Below, in pieces: positions 1 to 9,898 of a DNA stretch of 64,000 nt. The position numbers and the translations under genes were made by a program. Within the stretch, counting starts at the first letter, position 1; the number at the start of each line of letters is the position of its first letter. The notes beneath the pieces were generated by a model, which made no database searches, had not been told where the DNA came from, and saw only the letters and a program-made list of their open reading frames with translations. Source of the stretch: an uncultured Candidatus Saccharibacteria bacterium (GTDB lineage: Bacteria > Patescibacteriota > WWE3 > 2-01-FULL-39-13); NCBI GenBank assembly GCA_965230915.1, contig OZ246395.1, forward strand, positions 339,535 through 403,534. Reading direction: 5' to 3'.

Positions 1-127
1 TAAATAAAATGCTTCCTCCAACTGGATCAACTGATATTAATATAGGCGCTCAACAAGCAGGTACACAAATTGATGGAACCTGTTCCATGGGTATGTATAA
101 CTTTTCTATTAAATTTATTTAAATCAT

Positions 128-406
128 ATGAACAAATCTAAAAAAGATGCAGCGATAGCACTTAAAAAAGCACAAACTAGTATTAAGAATATTCTTCAAA
201 TGATTGATGAAGATAAATATTGTATAGATGTTCTTCAACAAATTCTTGCAGTCAATGGATTATTAAAATCTGCTTCTGACAAAATCCTACAAGACCATTT
301 ACACACATGTTTTAGTGAAGGTATGACTACTAACAATAAAGAACATAGAGAAAAGTTAATTGAAGAAGTCGCTAACGTGATTAATTTAAAAGATAGAGCC
401 AAATGA
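128..406 (+). CDS. csoR: CsoR/RcnR-family metal-sensing transcriptional repressor
   Basis: 92-aa all-helical protein with Cys (YCIDV) and H-x-H-x-C (HLHTC) ligand positions as in copper-sensing CsoR. It is the first gene of the copZ/copA cluster and its stop overlaps the next start (ATGA). Confidence 0.7.
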   Translation: MNKSKKDAAIALKKAQTSIKNILQMIDEDKYCIDVLQQILAVNGLLKSASDKILQDHLHTCFSEGMTTNNKEHREKLIEEVANVINLKDRAK

Positions 407-624
407 AATATCAAATAAATATCGAAGGTATGCACTGCACGGGATGTGTAGGTTTAATAAAAATGACGTTGGAAGATGATTTTACAAATGTTGAGGTCAA
501 TTTAAAGGAAGGTAAAGCAGAGTTTGAGTCTGATTTAGAGCAAAATGAAGTTGAATCAAAATTAGTAAAGGCTTTTAAAGAATTCAATCAGTATAAGTTT
601 GGTAATTTAGTTGAAGCGAATTAA
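403..624 (+). CDS. copZ: Heavy-metal-associated (HMA) domain copper chaperone, CopZ-like
   Basis: 73 aa; GMHCTGCV = the canonical MxCxxC metal-binding loop of HMA domains; sits between csoR and copA. Confidence 0.75.
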   Translation: MKYQINIEGMHCTGCVGLIKMTLEDDFTNVEVNLKEGKAEFESDLEQNEVESKLVKAFKEFNQYKFGNLVEAN

Positions 625-1177
625 TATGCAAAATACTCTAATAATAATTATTCTACTCTTTTTGGTTGGAACAGGAGCCTACTTTATGCTTAATAAAAAT
701 AAAATGTCTAACAGTTCGGATAATGCTGATCTTCAGTTTATAAATTCAATGATAGAACATCATTTGGGTGCTATTGAAATGGCAAATGAGGCAATAGCTA
801 AGTCAAATAGAGCAGAAATTATAGACCTTTCGAATAACATAATTACAGCTCAAACAAATGAAATAGAGATGATGTATGCATGGAAAAAAGATTGGTTTAA
901 CGATGTTTCAAAAGTAGAAATAAATAGCCAAGATCATTCTATGAGTATGACCCAAGATCTGGGAGCAGCTGATGCAAATTTTGATTTAAGATTTATTGAC
1001 GCAATGACTGAACATCACAATGGTGCAGTAGATATGGCTAATGATATAAAACTAAAATCTAAAAGATCCGAAATATTGAATTTAGCTGACACAATCATTA
1101 AAGACCAAACTTCTGAAATAGAACTGATGAGTAATTGGAGAAATCAGTGGTACCCGAATGACACTTTAGGTAATTAA
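611..1177 (+). CDS. DUF305-family protein (copper-resistance associated), N-terminal TM anchor
   Basis: Two internal ~90-aa repeats each containing EHH.GA..MA (IEHHLGAIEMAN / TEHHNGAVDMAN), typical of DUF305 four-helix units; N-terminal hydrophobic helix; embedded in the copper operon. Confidence 0.65.
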   Translation: MKRINMQNTLIIIILLFLVGTGAYFMLNKNKMSNSSDNADLQFINSMIEHHLGAIEMANEAIAKSNRAEIIDLSNNIITAQTNEIEMMYAWKKDWFNDVSKVEINSQDHSMSMTQDLGAADANFDLRFIDAMTEHHNGAVDMANDIKLKSKRSEILNLADTIIKDQTSEIELMSNWRNQWYPNDTLGN

Positions 1178-1182
1178 ATTAA

Positions 1183-3531
1183 ATGGAACACAATCATTCA
1201 ACAACCGTTAAACAAATAGTTCCAGTAAAAGGAATGCATTGTGCTAGTTGTGCTATGACTATCGAAAAAGCATTAAAGAAAGTTGAGGGAGTTGTTGATT
1301 GTCATGTTAACTATGGAAATGAAAAGGCTTCTTTAGAATTTAACTCTGATCAAGTTAATATTAATGATTTAAGTAAAAAGATTGAGCCATATGGATATTC
1401 TCTATCAGTTCCACAAACACATGAGCATATAATGCCTGATGGTACAAAAATGAGTAATTCAGTAATGCCCACAGGAATGGATCATTCCGAACATCTAGGA
1501 CTCAATCAAACAAAAGATGAAAAGCTAAAAGAACTTAATTCCTTAAAATCCGAGATAACCTTAGGTTTTATTTTTACTGCCGTTGCTACATTTGTAATGA
1601 CTTGGGATATTGCAGCTCAATTTAATCTTATACCTGCCCTATCGCATGTAATAGCAGAGTTCTTTCATCACCTATTACCATTGTTCGCTACCTACACAAT
1701 GTTTGTAATTGGCAAAAGATATATCAAAGCAATTATAAGTTTTATAAAACATGGAGTTGCCAATATGGATACCCTTGTTGGTATTGGAACATTAGTAGCC
1801 TTTATCTATAGCTTTATACTTACTGCATTTGAAGAGTCATTGGCTCCTTATATTAACGTAGAACACACCTATTATGATGTGGTAATTATCGTTATTGCTT
1901 TAATTAGCTATGGTAAATATTTAGAAGCTAAGTCAAAGCTTAAAACTGGTGAAGCTATCGAGAAACTTCTTAACCTACAGGCAAAGACAGCACTAGTTGA
2001 AAGAGACGGAAATGTTGTAGAAATTCCTGCCGATCAGGTTGTTATTGGGGATATTATAATTGTAAAACCTGGTGGCAAGGTTCCTGTTGATGGACTAATC
2101 GTTGAAGGATTTTCATCTGTAGATGAGTCTATGGTTACTGGTGAATCAATACCTGTAGATAAAAATATTGATGATGAAGTAATTGGTGGAACTATAAATA
2201 AACAAGGAACCTTTAAATTTAGAGCTACTAAAGTTGGATCAGAAACATTATTAGCCCATATTGTAAAAATGGTTGAAGAAGCACAAGGTAGTCGTGCGCC
2301 AATTCAAAAGATGGCTGATCAGATTTCGGCTGTATTTGTACCAATTGTTCTCGTAATTTCTGTTGTGGCTTTAATTGCATGGATTGTAATTGGATCTCAG
2401 TACATGCCTTTTAACCAGGCATTTTCACTTGGTTTAATTTCATTTATCGGAGTATTAGTGATCGCTTGTCCTTGTGCTTTAGGTCTTGCTACCCCTACAG
2501 CTATTATTGTCGGAACTGGTAAAGGTGCTGAGAATGGTATTTTAATAAAAGATGCAGAAAGTTTAGAACGCCTTAGCAAAATAAATACAATTGTTCTTGA
2601 TAAGACTGGAACAATTACTAACGGTAAACCAATTGTGACAGATATTATTCCTCTATCAAATATTGATGAAGTAAGGATTCTCGAAATATTAGGATCATTA
2701 GAAAAATATTCTGAACACCCTCTGGCAGAAGCTATTGTTAAAAAAGCTAAAGAACAAAATTTAAATTTAACCGAAGTTAAGAACTTTTCTATTACAGAAG
2801 GACAAGGTTTAACAGGAACTATAGATAACATTACCTATCATGCAGGGAATATTAAACTTATAAATAACTTAAATATCAATTTTGATAAATCTAAGATTGA
2901 TAGATTAACCAGCCAAGGTAAAACGCCTGTCATTCTAACTAATGAGTTAGAAGTCTTAGCGATAATAGGTATTGCAGATACTTTAAAAGATAATGCAAAA
3001 GAAACAATAAAAGAACTTCATAAGTTAGGAATAAAAGTAATTCTAATGTCAGGCGATAATAAAAATACTGCTGAATACATTGCCAAACAGGCTGGCATTG
3101 ATGATGTTATAGCCGAAGTGTTGCCACAAGATAAAGCCTTAAATATTAAAGAACTTAAAAAACAAGGAAATCTTGTTGCTATGGTTGGAGATGGTGTTAA
3201 TGATGCTCCTGCACTTGCTGAGTCTGATGTAGGTATAGCAATGGGTACTGGAACAGATGTAGCGATAGAGTCAGCACAGATAACTTTATTAAAAGGAGAT
3301 ATATCAAAGCTCCTAAAGGCAATTAAACTATCCAAGATAACAATGAGGACTATTAGACAAAATCTCTTCTGGGCTTTTATCTATAATTTAGTTGGTATTC
3401 CCTTAGCAGCAGGAGTTTTTTATCCATTCTTTGGAATTTTGCTTAACCCTATCTTCGCTGGGTTTGCTATGGCTTTTAGTAGCGTGTCAGTTGTCTTCAA
3501 TTCCCTTAGATTTAAATTTAAGCCGCTATGA
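1183..3531 (+). CDS. copA: Copper-translocating P1B-type ATPase
   Basis: N-terminal HMA (GMHCASCA), 8 TM helices, CPC motif in TM6 (IACPCALGLATP), DKTGTIT phosphorylation site, GDGVNDAP hinge; 782 aa. Confidence 0.95.
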   Translation: MEHNHSTTVKQIVPVKGMHCASCAMTIEKALKKVEGVVDCHVNYGNEKASLEFNSDQVNINDLSKKIEPYGYSLSVPQTHEHIMPDGTKMSNSVMPTGMDHSEHLGLNQTKDEKLKELNSLKSEITLGFIFTAVATFVMTWDIAAQFNLIPALSHVIAEFFHHLLPLFATYTMFVIGKRYIKAIISFIKHGVANMDTLVGIGTLVAFIYSFILTAFEESLAPYINVEHTYYDVVIIVIALISYGKYLEAKSKLKTGEAIEKLLNLQAKTALVERDGNVVEIPADQVVIGDIIIVKPGGKVPVDGLIVEGFSSVDESMVTGESIPVDKNIDDEVIGGTINKQGTFKFRATKVGSETLLAHIVKMVEEAQGSRAPIQKMADQISAVFVPIVLVISVVALIAWIVIGSQYMPFNQAFSLGLISFIGVLVIACPCALGLATPTAIIVGTGKGAENGILIKDAESLERLSKINTIVLDKTGTITNGKPIVTDIIPLSNIDEVRILEILGSLEKYSEHPLAEAIVKKAKEQNLNLTEVKNFSITEGQGLTGTIDNITYHAGNIKLINNLNINFDKSKIDRLTSQGKTPVILTNELEVLAIIGIADTLKDNAKETIKELHKLGIKVILMSGDNKNTAEYIAKQAGIDDVIAEVLPQDKALNIKELKKQGNLVAMVGDGVNDAPALAESDVGIAMGTGTDVAIESAQITLLKGDISKLLKAIKLSKITMRTIRQNLFWAFIYNLVGIPLAAGVFYPFFGILLNPIFAGFAMAFSSVSVVFNSLRFKFKPL

Positions 3532-4568
3532 CCGAAGTAGAAATATATTCATGTGAATTTTATGTTGATGGGATGCACTGTGCAGCTTGTGAAATTCTTA
3601 TAGAAAAGAAATTATCCAAACATGGAAATGTTAAGAGTGCGAAAGCTAATTTAAATAATCAAACAGTTAGTCTTGAACTTGAAGGATCAGACTTAAATAT
3701 AAATGATCTAAGAATTGTATTAAGCAATTCCATAAAAGAACATGGTTATGCGTTGTTACATACAAAGCCAGTTAATTCCAAAATAAATAAAAAAGAAATC
3801 TTAATTGGATTTTCGATAGCTGCCCTATTCGCTTCGCTTTTTATAATCTTACAGAAGCTAGGCATAGTAAATCTTTTAAGCGCTGACACAATAAGTTTGC
3901 CTTTTGTATTCTTCATTGGAGTTATTGCTTCCTTATCAACTTGCATGGCTGTAGTTGGTGGATTGGTTTTATCCCTTTCTTCAACATATGCTAAAAACAA
4001 TCAAGATAAATCTGCTCCGATAATTGCATTCCATCTATCTAGAATTTTAGGGTTCTTTGTTTTAGGAGGACTAATAGGTTTATTAGGATCAGCCTTTACA
4101 CTTACCCCGATATTTTCTTTTATATTAAACTCAGCTCTATTTTTAGTAATGGTTATTCTAGGTATAAATTTACTGGATATTTTTCCTTTTATGAAAAGGC
4201 TTCAATTAAGAATGCCGAAGATTAAAGGAATTTCTAGTGTCTACGATAATACTTATGCAAATAAATATGCTCCAATACTTTTAGGGCTATCTACATTCTT
4301 TTTACCATGTGGATTTACTCAATCTATGCAGGTCTACTCATTAACTACTGGAAGTTTTCTTAACGGAGCTTTAACAATGCTGGTTTTCGCTTTGGGAACC
4401 TTCCCTATTCTAGCTCTAATTAGCTTTGCTTCTATTAAGCTAGCTGATACTTTAAGATCAGGAATATTTTTTAAAACAGCAGGTTTTATTATCCTTTTCT
4501 TTGCTCTTATAAACTTTATTGGAGCGTTAGCAGCTATTGGTTTGATAAAACCGTTTCTAAATATTTAG
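3528..4568 (+). CDS. HMA domain fused to a CcdA/DsbD_2-like polytopic membrane domain
   Basis: N-terminal GMHCAACE HMA domain followed by ~6-8 TM helices with single conserved Cys residues in two TMs (LSTCMAVVGG ... FFLPCGFTQS), the pattern of CcdA-like electron/thiol transporters. Translationally coupled to copA (4-nt overlap). Confidence 0.65.
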   Translation: MTEVEIYSCEFYVDGMHCAACEILIEKKLSKHGNVKSAKANLNNQTVSLELEGSDLNINDLRIVLSNSIKEHGYALLHTKPVNSKINKKEILIGFSIAALFASLFIILQKLGIVNLLSADTISLPFVFFIGVIASLSTCMAVVGGLVLSLSSTYAKNNQDKSAPIIAFHLSRILGFFVLGGLIGLLGSAFTLTPIFSFILNSALFLVMVILGINLLDIFPFMKRLQLRMPKIKGISSVYDNTYANKYAPILLGLSTFFLPCGFTQSMQVYSLTTGSFLNGALTMLVFALGTFPILALISFASIKLADTLRSGIFFKTAGFIILFFALINFIGALAAIGLIKPFLNI

Positions 4569-4742
4569 TTTTGAAAGGACTTTGGAATTTCTATTCCGAT
4601 TTCTTGGTAGACTAATTCTAAGGTTTCTTGGTTAATATCGAGTTCAACTTCACGGTTCATGAATGTGTCCTTTAAGGGCAGCCATGAAACTATAGGGTAA
4701 ACTTAGTTTTACTTCCATGAGTTTCAGTATATAATTAACAAA

Positions 4743-5363
4743 ATGTTCATCGGATTTTATCCACTGCCAATTGAGTTATTTATAATAATATTCTCAATAT
4801 TTCTGCTCTCATATATCATATTCAAACCTCTAAGAAGATATTTCATGAAGTTTGAGAGAATTGTTCTAATTTTATCCATATTAAATATAGTCCTACTTTA
4901 TATGTTACTTACCGCTACTCAATGGCCAGTAACGGGTGACGGACTTTTTTCTGGTGCAGTAAGATTATTAAGAACCCAGCAATATATCTCCTTTGCTGAA
5001 CGTTATCTTGAATTTATTGCCATTTATATATCTTACTTTTTCGTTTTACTAATATCCTATTGGCATTTTATTAAGAAAAGCTTTTCGGCCAGCAAAAAGA
5101 AAACTAAGATTATTATGTTTTTTGTATTCTTATTACCACTTTATCTTTTCTTTTTATTACCGTTCTCTTTTGGAATTCGTTGGGAATTTCAAATATGGAC
5201 TTATGCACTTTTAGGATTTCCTACGCATGATTTATGGGTATTAAATGATTATTCGCCAATTATGCAATTATTAAATTGGACGCTTCTATTTATTGGTCTT
5301 ACCTTTCCTGAAAGCTTAGTAACTGTAATTCTTCTAAGCAAGATTCGACATGGAAAACTTTAG
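4743..5363 (+). CDS. Hypothetical polytopic membrane protein
   Basis: 206-aa ORF with ~6 hydrophobic helices; no recognisable motif. Confidence 0.4.
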   Translation: MFIGFYPLPIELFIIIFSIFLLSYIIFKPLRRYFMKFERIVLILSILNIVLLYMLLTATQWPVTGDGLFSGAVRLLRTQQYISFAERYLEFIAIYISYFFVLLISYWHFIKKSFSASKKKTKIIMFFVFLLPLYLFFLLPFSFGIRWEFQIWTYALLGFPTHDLWVLNDYSPIMQLLNWTLLFIGLTFPESLVTVILLSKIRHGKL

Positions 5364-5493
5364 GTTAAGATACAAAACAGCTTCGAACACAGTCTAGGGT
5401 CGCAGCCATGAGGATTTTATTGATATTACAGCCATTTAAATACAATCTAATATTTTAAACGTTTGTAAATGATTCTTTATCTCTCATGGTCTA

Positions 5494-7131
5494 CTAATCT
5501 AAATGCCAGCCGTTAGTAAAACTTTGATAGCTTACTGGAAACGACAACTCACCTTCATTACAGTGATTATATGGTCTGATTTGAATTTTTTGTGAGGCAT
5601 CAACATTAGGTAAAAATTCATGTCCATCATTCAAAGTTTTTTCAATTCTCCATGGAAAACTTCCGGTACCATCATCAATTTTGATTGTGATTTTATCTGC
5701 CGAATATTGTGTCCAAGTTAGCTGCATACCTCGAACGTTATTCACTATTTTTGGCGTAAGCTTGATCCAAGTAGTTGTTGGAGGTTTCGACCATTCACAT
5801 TTTTCTTTTTTTGGTTTGTCATCTTTATGTTTTCTAATTATTTCTAAAATGTCTCCACCAGTATCATCTTCAGACTCCCATTCGGGTGGACCATCAAATG
5901 GTTCTTCGTCTCCACTGTCGGCGGGGTCAGTAGAATCTGGGTAAGCTACGATTCTATTATTGCCAGAATCTAGTGCATATAATGCAAATCCGCTAAAAGG
6001 ACTAATCGAGGTCGGACCTTTTAGTGTTCGAGCAGTAGGTGTTAAATAACCTTTATTTGCAAATATATGGGTCATATCCACCTGGCCCAAAACAAAGTCA
6101 GCTGTATCATCGCCAGTAAAATCATCCCAAACAAGAATACGGTTATTATCAGTATCTGCAATAAAGAACTGACTTGTATAAGGATCAAAATATACATCTT
6201 GTGGATGGTTTAGCGTATTAGAATTTGCACTTCCACCCCTATTTACTGAATTACTTATAGCATCAGGCTGCCCCCAAATAAACTCTGGATTTTCAGGGTC
6301 TGTATACCAGAAAACTACACGATTATTGTCGGTATCTGCTACAAAAACTGCGCCAAAAATTGAAAACACACCTTTTGGATTACAAAGTGTATTTGGTCCA
6401 ACTGATCCTCCACGGTTACATTCTCCACTTACAAAATCTGCTTGCCCAAAAATGCCCGTTGGTTCATCGGTACTATCAGTTGGAAACGTATTCCAGGTTA
6501 AAATACGATTGTTACCAGAGTCTGCTACAACTAAAATGTCCCCATCTGAGAATACCGCTGTTGGGCTGTTAAGAGTATCTGGTCCAACTGCACCACCTTT
6601 ATTTGAGCTATTATGAGTAAAATCATCCTGACCTAAAACAATATCTGGATTCGGGCCGCCTCCCCCTAAATTAGACCAAATTAATACACGATTATTCCCT
6701 GTATCGGCTACAACAAGATGAGTTCCATCAAAAATCGCATCCATTGGGTGATTCATTGTATCCGCGTCGACAGATCCTCCGCGATTTGGTTCACCTGAAA
6801 CTAAATCATCTTGTCCAAAAGCTGCATCTGCACCAATATCTGGATCTATGGGATTATAAAGTAAAACACGATTGTTATATGTATCTGCGACCGTCATTAG
6901 GTATGGAGTAACTCGAAGTTTTCCGGCTGGAACGTCACCTTCAATAGTTTTAATTCCATATGGGTTCACAGAGTCTTCTCCCCCATTTGCTGAGTTACTT
7001 ACAACATTTGGTTGCGCAATAACGCCAACTGTTTCTTGATTATTAACATAGGCAAATGAATTTATAACTAATACGAAATTTAAAGTGATACAAACTATTA
7101 AGGATACAAAAAATTTATACCGGACAGGCAT
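5494..7131 (-). CDS. Secreted NHL-repeat (beta-propeller) protein
   Basis: Signal peptide, then six or more repeats of the NHL signature (VADTYNNRVLLY, VADTGNNRVLIW, VADSGNNRILTW, VADTDNNRVVFW, IADTDNNRILVW, ALDSGNNRIVAY), acidic linker, C-terminal beta-rich domain. Confidence 0.7.
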   Translation of the reverse strand: MPVRYKFFVSLIVCITLNFVLVINSFAYVNNQETVGVIAQPNVVSNSANGGEDSVNPYGIKTIEGDVPAGKLRVTPYLMTVADTYNNRVLLYNPIDPDIGADAAFGQDDLVSGEPNRGGSVDADTMNHPMDAIFDGTHLVVADTGNNRVLIWSNLGGGGPNPDIVLGQDDFTHNSSNKGGAVGPDTLNSPTAVFSDGDILVVADSGNNRILTWNTFPTDSTDEPTGIFGQADFVSGECNRGGSVGPNTLCNPKGVFSIFGAVFVADTDNNRVVFWYTDPENPEFIWGQPDAISNSVNRGGSANSNTLNHPQDVYFDPYTSQFFIADTDNNRILVWDDFTGDDTADFVLGQVDMTHIFANKGYLTPTARTLKGPTSISPFSGFALYALDSGNNRIVAYPDSTDPADSGDEEPFDGPPEWESEDDTGGDILEIIRKHKDDKPKKEKCEWSKPPTTTWIKLTPKIVNNVRGMQLTWTQYSADKITIKIDDGTGSFPWRIEKTLNDGHEFLPNVDASQKIQIRPYNHCNEGELSFPVSYQSFTNGWHLD

Positions 7132-7264
7132 TACTAAAATATAATATGTTTTTGAAATCGAAAGTAGCAGAAGCTAAAACTATATTCAGAAAGTCTATTG
7201 TTTTATTTTTGTCGAACACAAACCTAAGTTTACTTCCTCTTTTTATAAAGGTAATCTTAATATT

Positions 7265-7570
7265 ATGTCTAAAACAATTTCAGGCGGAACAGTTCACAAA
7301 ATGCCCGCCGATCTAAAAGCTATCCTAATTTCTGATGCAAAAGCATTGGCTGCTTGGGAAAGTTTAACTCCCCTAGCCCGCAACGAATGGATTTGTTGGA
7401 CCGTATCAGTAAAATTACAGGAAACCCGAAAAGAACATGTTGAAAGGGTCCGCAGTGAACTTAAAGAAGGCAAACGCCGCCCATGTTGCTGGATTGGTTG
7501 CATTCATCGCAAAGATAAAGCTATTAGCCCTTCGGTTCAATATGTGCTTAACAAACGCAAAAAATCCTAA
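7265..7570 (+). CDS. YdeI/OmpD-associated family protein
   Basis: 101 aa; pattern LKAILISDAKALAAWESLTP..RNEWICWTVSVK..TR..HVER matches the YdeI_or_OmpD-associated family. Confidence 0.55.
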   Translation: MSKTISGGTVHKMPADLKAILISDAKALAAWESLTPLARNEWICWTVSVKLQETRKEHVERVRSELKEGKRRPCCWIGCIHRKDKAISPSVQYVLNKRKKS

Positions 7571-7785
7571 TTATTGACCCTAAGCATGCTCGGTCGCCTA
7601 ACATAAAAATTTGCAAATAGCGTTAAAATATGAGTAGAATAAATTTAATGCTAATCACTTTATTTACTAATAACGTGCAACATTCAAACTTCTATAAAAT
7701 TCGAAGCTTCTTCTTAATAATTAAACACGAAATTAAAATTTAACGGTTGTATTTTACAATTAGTTGTAGGTATTGAAGGGGGTGA

Positions 7786-7983
7786 ATGAAAATGAATGTA
7801 CTAGGAAAAGTAGCTATGGTATTACTAGTAATAGGAGGCCTTAATTGGGGGCTGGTAGGTCTATTCGATTTTGATCTTGTTGCTGCAATATTAGGCGATA
7901 TGACAATGTTATCAAGGGTTGTCTACTCGGTAGTCGGAGTCTCGGCAGTATATGTTGCATTTACTGAACTAACAAAGTCATAA
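7786..7983 (+). CDS. DUF378-family small membrane protein
   Basis: 65 aa with two TM helices; GGLNWGLVGLF.FDLVA motif characteristic of DUF378; strong GGGGG RBS upstream. Confidence 0.55.
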   Translation: MKMNVLGKVAMVLLVIGGLNWGLVGLFDFDLVAAILGDMTMLSRVVYSVVGVSAVYVAFTELTKS

Positions 7984-8115
7984 ACGTAGAAATTTAAAGG
8001 TGGAGCGATAGTTAATTTGTTCCACCTAACATAGCTAGGTTTAACGCTGTAATATTGATTTATAGCTAGTTTGTAAGTTTAATCTGTGTGTCTAATAATT
8101 TCAGGTATTGCTAGT

Positions 8116-8508
8116 ATGAATATATATCTAAATAATATAGAAGAAGAAACCTTAAAAAATACTGATTATAGAAGAGTTATTTATACTTCAAGTTATTCTC
8201 AGTTAGTACTAATGAGCCTAAAGCCTGGTGAAGAAATCGGAAATGAAATTCATGGGCTTGATCAATTTATTCGATTTGAACAAGGCGAAGCAAAGATTAT
8301 TTTGAATAATGGAGAACAAGAGTTAAAAGCCGAAAAAGAATGGGCTACGATAATACCTTCCGGAACTTATCATAATATTATAAATACAGGTTCTGTTGAT
8401 TTAAAACTATATACGATTTACTCTCCGCCAAGCCATTTAAGAGATACTATTCAACATACAAAGGCAGACGAACAAGAGGATCATTTTGATGGAAGAATAG
8501 ACAAATGA
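8116..8508 (+). CDS. Cupin-domain protein
   Basis: Small beta-barrel protein with cupin-like G.E...H......E and GTYHNIINTG motifs. Track start is 8086; the internal ATG at 8116 is more plausible. Confidence 0.5.
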   Translation: MNIYLNNIEEETLKNTDYRRVIYTSSYSQLVLMSLKPGEEIGNEIHGLDQFIRFEQGEAKIILNNGEQELKAEKEWATIIPSGTYHNIINTGSVDLKLYTIYSPPSHLRDTIQHTKADEQEDHFDGRIDK

Positions 8509-9014
8509 AACCTCAGATTATTATCGTAAACGATCTCATGCAAAAAAATTATGAGTATGAACTTGTTGAGCCAATAGGTAAAAATTTTCACAAAGACTTT
8601 AAGCCAGATTTAACTCCTAAAGAAATGCTCGAAATCGGAGTTTTTGGAGGTAAGTATATGACCGACTGTACAAATGAATTTCCCAAAGATTGGTTTACAA
8701 ATGCAAAACTTTGTCACGAAAAACATGATGCTTCTCTAAACTTTTTTGGAGTAAACGCAAGTCAGCCCCTTTCGATTTGGAGGAAAAACGGATGGATTTA
8801 TCACGAAGACCCTCGTGGTTGGTTTCAGTGGTATTGCAGATATTATATGGGGCGAAGAATTACTAAAGAAGATGACCGTCAAATAAAAAGATGGAAAGCT
8901 ATGAAAAGACACGTTGCTCAAATAGAAAAGAATTGTGCAATCGGCGATCTAGACTGCCGAAAGGTTCAAAGGCAGGCGCTTTTACATTGGGCATACGATA
9001 GTAGAAGAATTTAA
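8505..9014 (+). CDS. Hypothetical protein (Trp/Cys-rich, soluble)
   Basis: 169-aa ORF translationally coupled to the cupin gene; no recognised motif. Confidence 0.4.
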   Translation: MKPQIIIVNDLMQKNYEYELVEPIGKNFHKDFKPDLTPKEMLEIGVFGGKYMTDCTNEFPKDWFTNAKLCHEKHDASLNFFGVNASQPLSIWRKNGWIYHEDPRGWFQWYCRYYMGRRITKEDDRQIKRWKAMKRHVAQIEKNCAIGDLDCRKVQRQALLHWAYDSRRI

Positions 9015-9029
9015 GCTACAATTAAAATT

Positions 9030-9434
9030 ATGGATACTAATAAAACATACGCTTGGTATCAGAATCTTAAAAAGCCCTTTTTTGCTCCTCCACAGGAAAT
9101 CTTCGGAATTGTTTGGCCAATTTTATACGCAATAATTTTTGTTTCTTATGGATATACAGTTTATTTGGTTTATAAAAAGAAAATTTCGAAAGCTGTACTT
9201 GTTCCGCTCATATTAAATCTAGTTTCCAATGCATCTTTTTCATACATACAATTTGATCTTCAAAATAATTATTTAGCTTTGGCTGATATAATAATTGTTC
9301 TAATTACTATTATCTGGTTTATTAAACTTATTCTTCCCTACTCTAAAATTTTGGCTTTATCACAAATCCCATATTTAGCCTGGGTGTCATTTGCAACAAT
9401 TTTGCAAATATCCATAACATGGTTGAACAGATAA
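9030..9434 (+). CDS. TspO/MBR-family tryptophan-rich sensory membrane protein
   Basis: WYQNLKKPFFAPPQEIFGIVWPILYAII is the hallmark N-terminal TspO motif; five predicted TM helices; 134 aa (short for the family). Confidence 0.6.
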   Translation: MDTNKTYAWYQNLKKPFFAPPQEIFGIVWPILYAIIFVSYGYTVYLVYKKKISKAVLVPLILNLVSNASFSYIQFDLQNNYLALADIIIVLITIIWFIKLILPYSKILALSQIPYLAWVSFATILQISITWLNR

Positions 9435-9877
9435 TTATTTTATTAATTCTATTTGCCGGATACATTATTGGCCTTGGAGCTGTTACTGTAATTGATTTGC
9501 ATGGATTTCTCGGTAGAAAGTCTTCGTATTGGACACACGCAACAATCGTTACGCATAAAGTAACAAAACCATTGATTTGGCTAGGAACCTTTCTAGTTTT
9601 GATCGGAAGTTTTTTATTTTATAACTATGTCGCTGTCGTTAATGAGATTTCATATGTTCACTGGCTAATGATTCTTGTTTTGATATTAAATGGATTATTC
9701 TTAAGTTTTTGGGTTAGTCCAAGATTGTTACAAAGAGAAAAAGAAGGCCGATCTAATGAGATTTTGCCAGATAGCTGGCAGAATGCAATTTTTGTAAGTT
9801 TTGTGTTTTCGTTTACAGGGTGGTGGAGCAGCCTCATTTTATTCTTATACTATCTAGTGTCGATCTATAATATTTAG
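9419..9877 (+). CDS. Hypothetical membrane protein
   Basis: 152 aa, four hydrophobic segments; overlaps the TspO stop; no motif recognised. Confidence 0.4.
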   Translation: MVEQIIILLILFAGYIIGLGAVTVIDLHGFLGRKSSYWTHATIVTHKVTKPLIWLGTFLVLIGSFLFYNYVAVVNEISYVHWLMILVLILNGLFLSFWVSPRLLQREKEGRSNEILPDSWQNAIFVSFVFSFTGWWSSLILFLYYLVSIYNI

Positions 9878-9898
9878 GTGTGTTAAACTCGATTTACT

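Noticed and set aside
8086-8115. Upstream extension of the cupin ORF (MCLIISGIAS...)
   Set aside because: The hydrophobic 10-residue extension has no RBS and is not part of the cupin fold; the ATG at 8116 is the preferred start, although this is not certain.
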